From: Candidatus Aenigmatarchaeota archaeon
GTDB taxonomy: Archaea > Aenigmatarchaeota > Aenigmatarchaeia > GW2011-AR5 > JACRAC01
Direction of reading: 5' to 3'
Assembly (NCBI GenBank): GCA_016187395.1
Contig: JACPJV010000039.1
Span: forward strand, 5,663-69,662
Length of the DNA stretch: 64,000 nt
Below the pieces are notes generated by a model. The model searched no databases. It saw only the letters and a program-made list of their open reading frames with translations, and was not told the DNA's origin. Positions 61,285-64,000 of the stretch are shown here, piece by piece. Numbering within the stretch: the stretch's first letter is position 1; every line of letters begins with the position of its first letter. A program made the translations under genes and the position numbers.

Positions 61285-61590
61285 TCATGAGCCACCACCT
61301 GCCTGGCTACCCTGCGAGATCCCGGGCGCTTCAGGCAATCCAAAGGATTCTGCCATCCCCTTTACCGCGGATTCCGGATGCTTCAGCTTGTAGATGCGCC
61401 TGCGGCTGTCTCCTGGGTCAAGGCGAATCTCAAGCCAGCCGTGCTTGTTCAGATGCGAAAGAATGAGGCTCACGAGGGCAGAGGGTTTCAGCGCATACTG
61501 CGCCTGCGCATAGGTGAATTCCTTGTCGCTGTAGAGAGAATAGAGTAGAGAATAGCGCTGCATCAGCCATTTTGGCAATGGTTTTGTCAC
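61285..61590 (-). CDS. hypothetical winged-helix-like protein (start GTG 61590 or ATG 61563)
   Basis: The ALVSLILSHLNKHGWLEIRLDPGDSRRRIYKL pattern resembles a wHTH recognition helix plus wing. The C-terminus is low complexity, so a frameshift is possible. Confidence 0.45.
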   Translation of the reverse strand: MTKPLPKWLMQRYSLLYSLYSDKEFTYAQAQYALKPSALVSLILSHLNKHGWLEIRLDPGDSRRRIYKLKHPESAVKGMAESFGLPEAPGISQGSQAGGGS

Positions 61591-61827
61591 TAAAACTACC
61601 GCCTGACCACACTTTTCAGATTGTGTTAGATCATTATTGCATATCAGTTATGCAAGTTGTATAGATATTATACTGGATTTTGCCGGGATATATAAAATTA
61701 TCGGTGCTGTGAAGCTGGGTTTACAAGCAAAAGAAAGCCTCTGGCTTGAGTCAGAGGATGGATGCATAGGATTGCGTTTACTTAGGGTATGATAGATAGG
61801 AAGCCTCGGTCAAATCGATGAGGCTTG

Positions 61828-61906
61828 AAAGGCGAATGGACGTGATTGAATGGACATTCCTGCAGGAATGTCGGTTTGCCTTCGCTGCAGGAACTTCAGT
61901 TTGTAA
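61828..61906. repeat. hairpin element E (with internal duplication)
   Basis: GAAAGGCGAATGGACGTGATTGAATGGACATTCCTGCAGGAATGTCGGTTTGCC...CTGCAGGAACTTCAGTTTGT. Confidence 0.7.
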
Positions 61907-61941
61907 CTCGAGGCTGTCGGGCTAATGAAGCAACCACCCTA

Positions 61942-62189
61942 TATAGTGAAACCACAAAATAAACAGGATATCATATTTGTGGTTTCACCGATAGTAAGCA
62001 AGGAATTATTATATCCTGATTTACAAGCAGTAACGAAGTTCCTGCTGTACAGAATGAGCTTCGCTCATTCTTGTATTCCTTGCATCACTATAACTGAGCA
62101 TTTCTACAGAGCCCTGATTTACAAGCAGAAGCAAAGCTTCTGCGGTACATGAGGAACGGAGTTCCTCATTGTATTCCTTGCATGACTAT
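61942..62189. repeat. family F1 cluster (full unit plus second partial unit)
   Basis: Reverse-oriented counterpart of 40893-41043, followed by a second pair of hairpins ending ATTCCTTGCATGACTATG. Contains the stop codon of the gene at 62186. Confidence 0.85.
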
Positions 62190-62662
62190 GAAAGGCGATT
62201 TTGCCGCTTCATTGATTTGCCCTTCTTCCTGACCTTTGGCGGAAGGCCGAACTTTTTGCGCATGAGCTTTATTGCGCGCTTCTGCGCGTTTTCTATGCTC
62301 ATTCGTGGCTCCTCATGATGCCTTTCTTTGGCAGGATGGTTTGTCTGTGTAGGCTTGATATTCATCGTCTGCAGAAGCTCTCTACTGGTGTTCATCATAT
62401 TCTTTTCTGTTTCTTTACCCGTACCTGTGATGAAAACTTCTGCTGGCAAAGCGCTTGTTGCGTTCGGCATGAACGGCTCCAGGGAATTTCTCGCTGCCTT
62501 CAGCTTAAGGCTGTCGTTTTCCTCGCGGAGCCTCAGAATAATATCTTTCATGCTTGCTGCGGCGTCTTCGAACCCTGCATGCTTTTGCGTGGCATTCGCA
62601 ATGCGGGAAAGGCGCTCGTCTGCGCCTGCCGCCCTGCCAGCGGTGGTTTTGCCGGGCTTCAT
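62186..62662 (-). CDS. hypothetical basic protein
   Basis: 158-aa ORF with an ATG start and a K/R-rich C-terminus. No motif recognised. Confidence 0.4.
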   Translation of the reverse strand: MKPGKTTAGRAAGADERLSRIANATQKHAGFEDAAASMKDIILRLREENDSLKLKAARNSLEPFMPNATSALPAEVFITGTGKETEKNMMNTSRELLQTMNIKPTQTNHPAKERHHEEPRMSIENAQKRAIKLMRKKFGLPPKVRKKGKSMKRQNRLS

Positions 62663-62772
62663 GGACAGGATATGTTATTTTGGCGATATAAAGATGCTGC
62701 GAAATCTTTATGCTGCGTCATTTCCAACTATAGGCAAGAAAGCCTGGTGATTACTTGGCGGATTCGCGGCAA

Positions 62773-64000
62773 GTGCCTGTGAGAAGCTACGCAGTTGTGT
62801 TTCTGGTTCTCGTGGCAGGCGTTGTGATAGTTTCTGTGGCAGAGCTGAATCTGACAGCCGGCGTAACTGCTGGCGGCTGCACTGACCCGGATGGAAACAA
62901 CACCTACGCACCAGGAACAGCGAAGGTTTACAGCTATGGAAGAGAAACCGCCTATGAGGACAGATGCATCAGCAATTTCGCCGTCATCGAATACAGCTGC
63001 AAGGCGTTCTACAGGCATGCAACGCGAAAATACGAGAAAAGACTTTTCTCAAATGCATATGAATGCCCCTTCGGGTGCTATAAGGGCGCGTGCCTGAGGC
63101 AGGACGAAGGCCCAAAATGTCTTGAAACAGACGCAGCGGATTTTGATGCCTACAAAGAAGGTGCCACAAGGGTTGCAGGCGGGAATGAACGATGGGATTA
63201 CTGTGAGGGAAATACGCTTGTTGAATACTCCTGCGATGCCGGCGGCCAGTATCTCGGAGAGAAGCGTTTTGACTGCGACTATGGCTGCGAATTTGGCGCA
63301 TGCCTCAGGCAGCCGAAAATTGTAACCGCACAATTCCGTGCATCCATTGCCGGGGTTTCAGACGACAATAAGCTCCTGAAGAACAGCCTGAAGAGTGGAA
63401 GCATCACAGGATACGTAAGGTACAGCCACAGGGCGCTTGCCGCAGCGCCGCCAACTGCTGTTTATGACTTTGGCGATTCGTTTCATCTTAATCTTCAGAT
63501 AGACGGCTATGGAGATCTGTCAAGAACAGAGGAGAGCGTAGGCCCGTATCCTTCTGAAGGCGGAGAGGCTGAAACTGTCGCAACAAATTATGTGCAATAC
63601 AGGCTTGGAACAGAAGAAGATTCAGGGGGTTTTGAAAGCGGCTCATTGGAAGTAACTGACAACGGGGAAAGCGGCGATGCTATTTCCATAGGCACAAAAG
63701 GCACAAGGCCGCTTTTCTGGTCGCAATCCGGAGACACGAACATCGTTGTAGAATCCATTTTCATTAATCTCAGGGATGAAAGCGGCGGCGCAATTTTGGA
63801 TAGCAGCCTTCCGCTTTCTTTTGATATTGATGCGTGGAAAAGCAGGGATTTAATTATACAATTTGCGTCTGCAAGCGACCCCCTGCAGAAAGGAACTATA
63901 AAGGCTGCTATAGACTGGCAGATGCGTGACTGCATCGATGCAGAGAATGGAAGGGACTATTATCGCGACATGGACGTATACCAGACTAACTTTAAGCAGG
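62773..64000 (+). CDS. partial CDS (not in supplied ORF track): secreted Cys-rich repeat protein, continues past window end
   Basis: I translated frame 1 from GTG 62773 to 64000 (409 codons) and found no stop. The N-terminus is hydrophobic (VPVRSYAVVFLVLVAGVVIVSVA). It has two copies of the same Cys module as the 41064-42191 protein. Confidence 0.7.
   Translation, partial: MPVRSYAVVFLVLVAGVVIVSVAELNLTAGVTAGGCTDPDGNNTYAPGTAKVYSYGRETAYEDRCISNFAVIEYSCKAFYRHATRKYEKRLFSNAYECPFGCYKGACLRQDEGPKCLETDAADFDAYKEGATRVAGGNERWDYCEGNTLVEYSCDAGGQYLGEKRFDCDYGCEFGACLRQPKIVTAQFRASIAGVSDDNKLLKNSLKSGSITGYVRYSHRALAAAPPTAVYDFGDSFHLNLQIDGYGDLSRTEESVGPYPSEGGEAETVATNYVQYRLGTEEDSGGFESGSLEVTDNGESGDAISIGTKGTRPLFWSQSGDTNIVVESIFINLRDESGGAILDSSLPLSFDIDAWKSRDLIIQFASASDPLQKGTIKAAIDWQMRDCIDAENGRDYYRDMDVYQTNFKQ

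Noticed and set aside
60378-61343. 321-aa minus-strand ORF
   Set aside because: It is antisense to the well-supported antitoxin and PIN genes (60436-61152). The translation is Ser/Leu-rich and low complexity. A short real gene could still be hidden in 61153-61284, but this cannot be resolved by eye.
1838-62189. F1 hairpin clusters considered as CRISPR arrays. GTTTTAGAGG in three copies resembles the start of type II CRISPR repeats.
   Set aside because: There is no constant repeat alternating with unique spacers at a fixed period. The units are palindromic with variable stems, are scattered in both orientations, and no cas genes are present. The GTTTTAGAG match is only 9 nt.

Overview
This is an archaeal chromosome segment. 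The evidence is PCNA, a Y-family polymerase, bulge-helix-bulge-type tRNA introns, and TATA boxes about 22-30 nt upstream of ATGs (leaderless-style genes). The giant glycoprotein genes and the gene content suggest a DPANN-like small archaeon, but that is inference only. All homology calls were made by eye from motifs; no searches were run.

Housekeeping genes present are msrA, a P-type ATPase, a HIT protein, dinB, pcn and a KaiC-like ATPase. They are interspersed with a heavy accessory load:
- two giant surface proteins (2167 and 3181 aa), rich in N-glycosylation sequons;
- several other secreted proteins: Cys-rich, propeller-type and HExxH types;
- a duplicated two-gene pilin-like module;
- three PIN-antitoxin pairs plus one MNT-HEPN pair, and a PIN remnant;
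- an orphan CARF-HEPN protein;
- four AAA+ ATPase(-nuclease) genes.

Three things stand out.
1. The region 18.9-30.2 kb is organised like an integron-type array. One-gene (or one-operon) cassettes are separated by eight same-orientation copies of a junction sequence, and that junction is itself the 3' coding end of an Fn3-like gene.
2. A family of composite perfect-hairpin repeats bounded by TATAGTG/CACTATA occupies about 2.1 kb at 10 or more intergenic sites. The stem sequences vary but stay fully compensated.
3. A tRNA-Thr(UGU) carries two very long introns (about 130 and 173 nt). The first contains a second hairpin element that also sits inside the cassette junctions.

No rRNA, CRISPR array, transposase or integrase was recognised.
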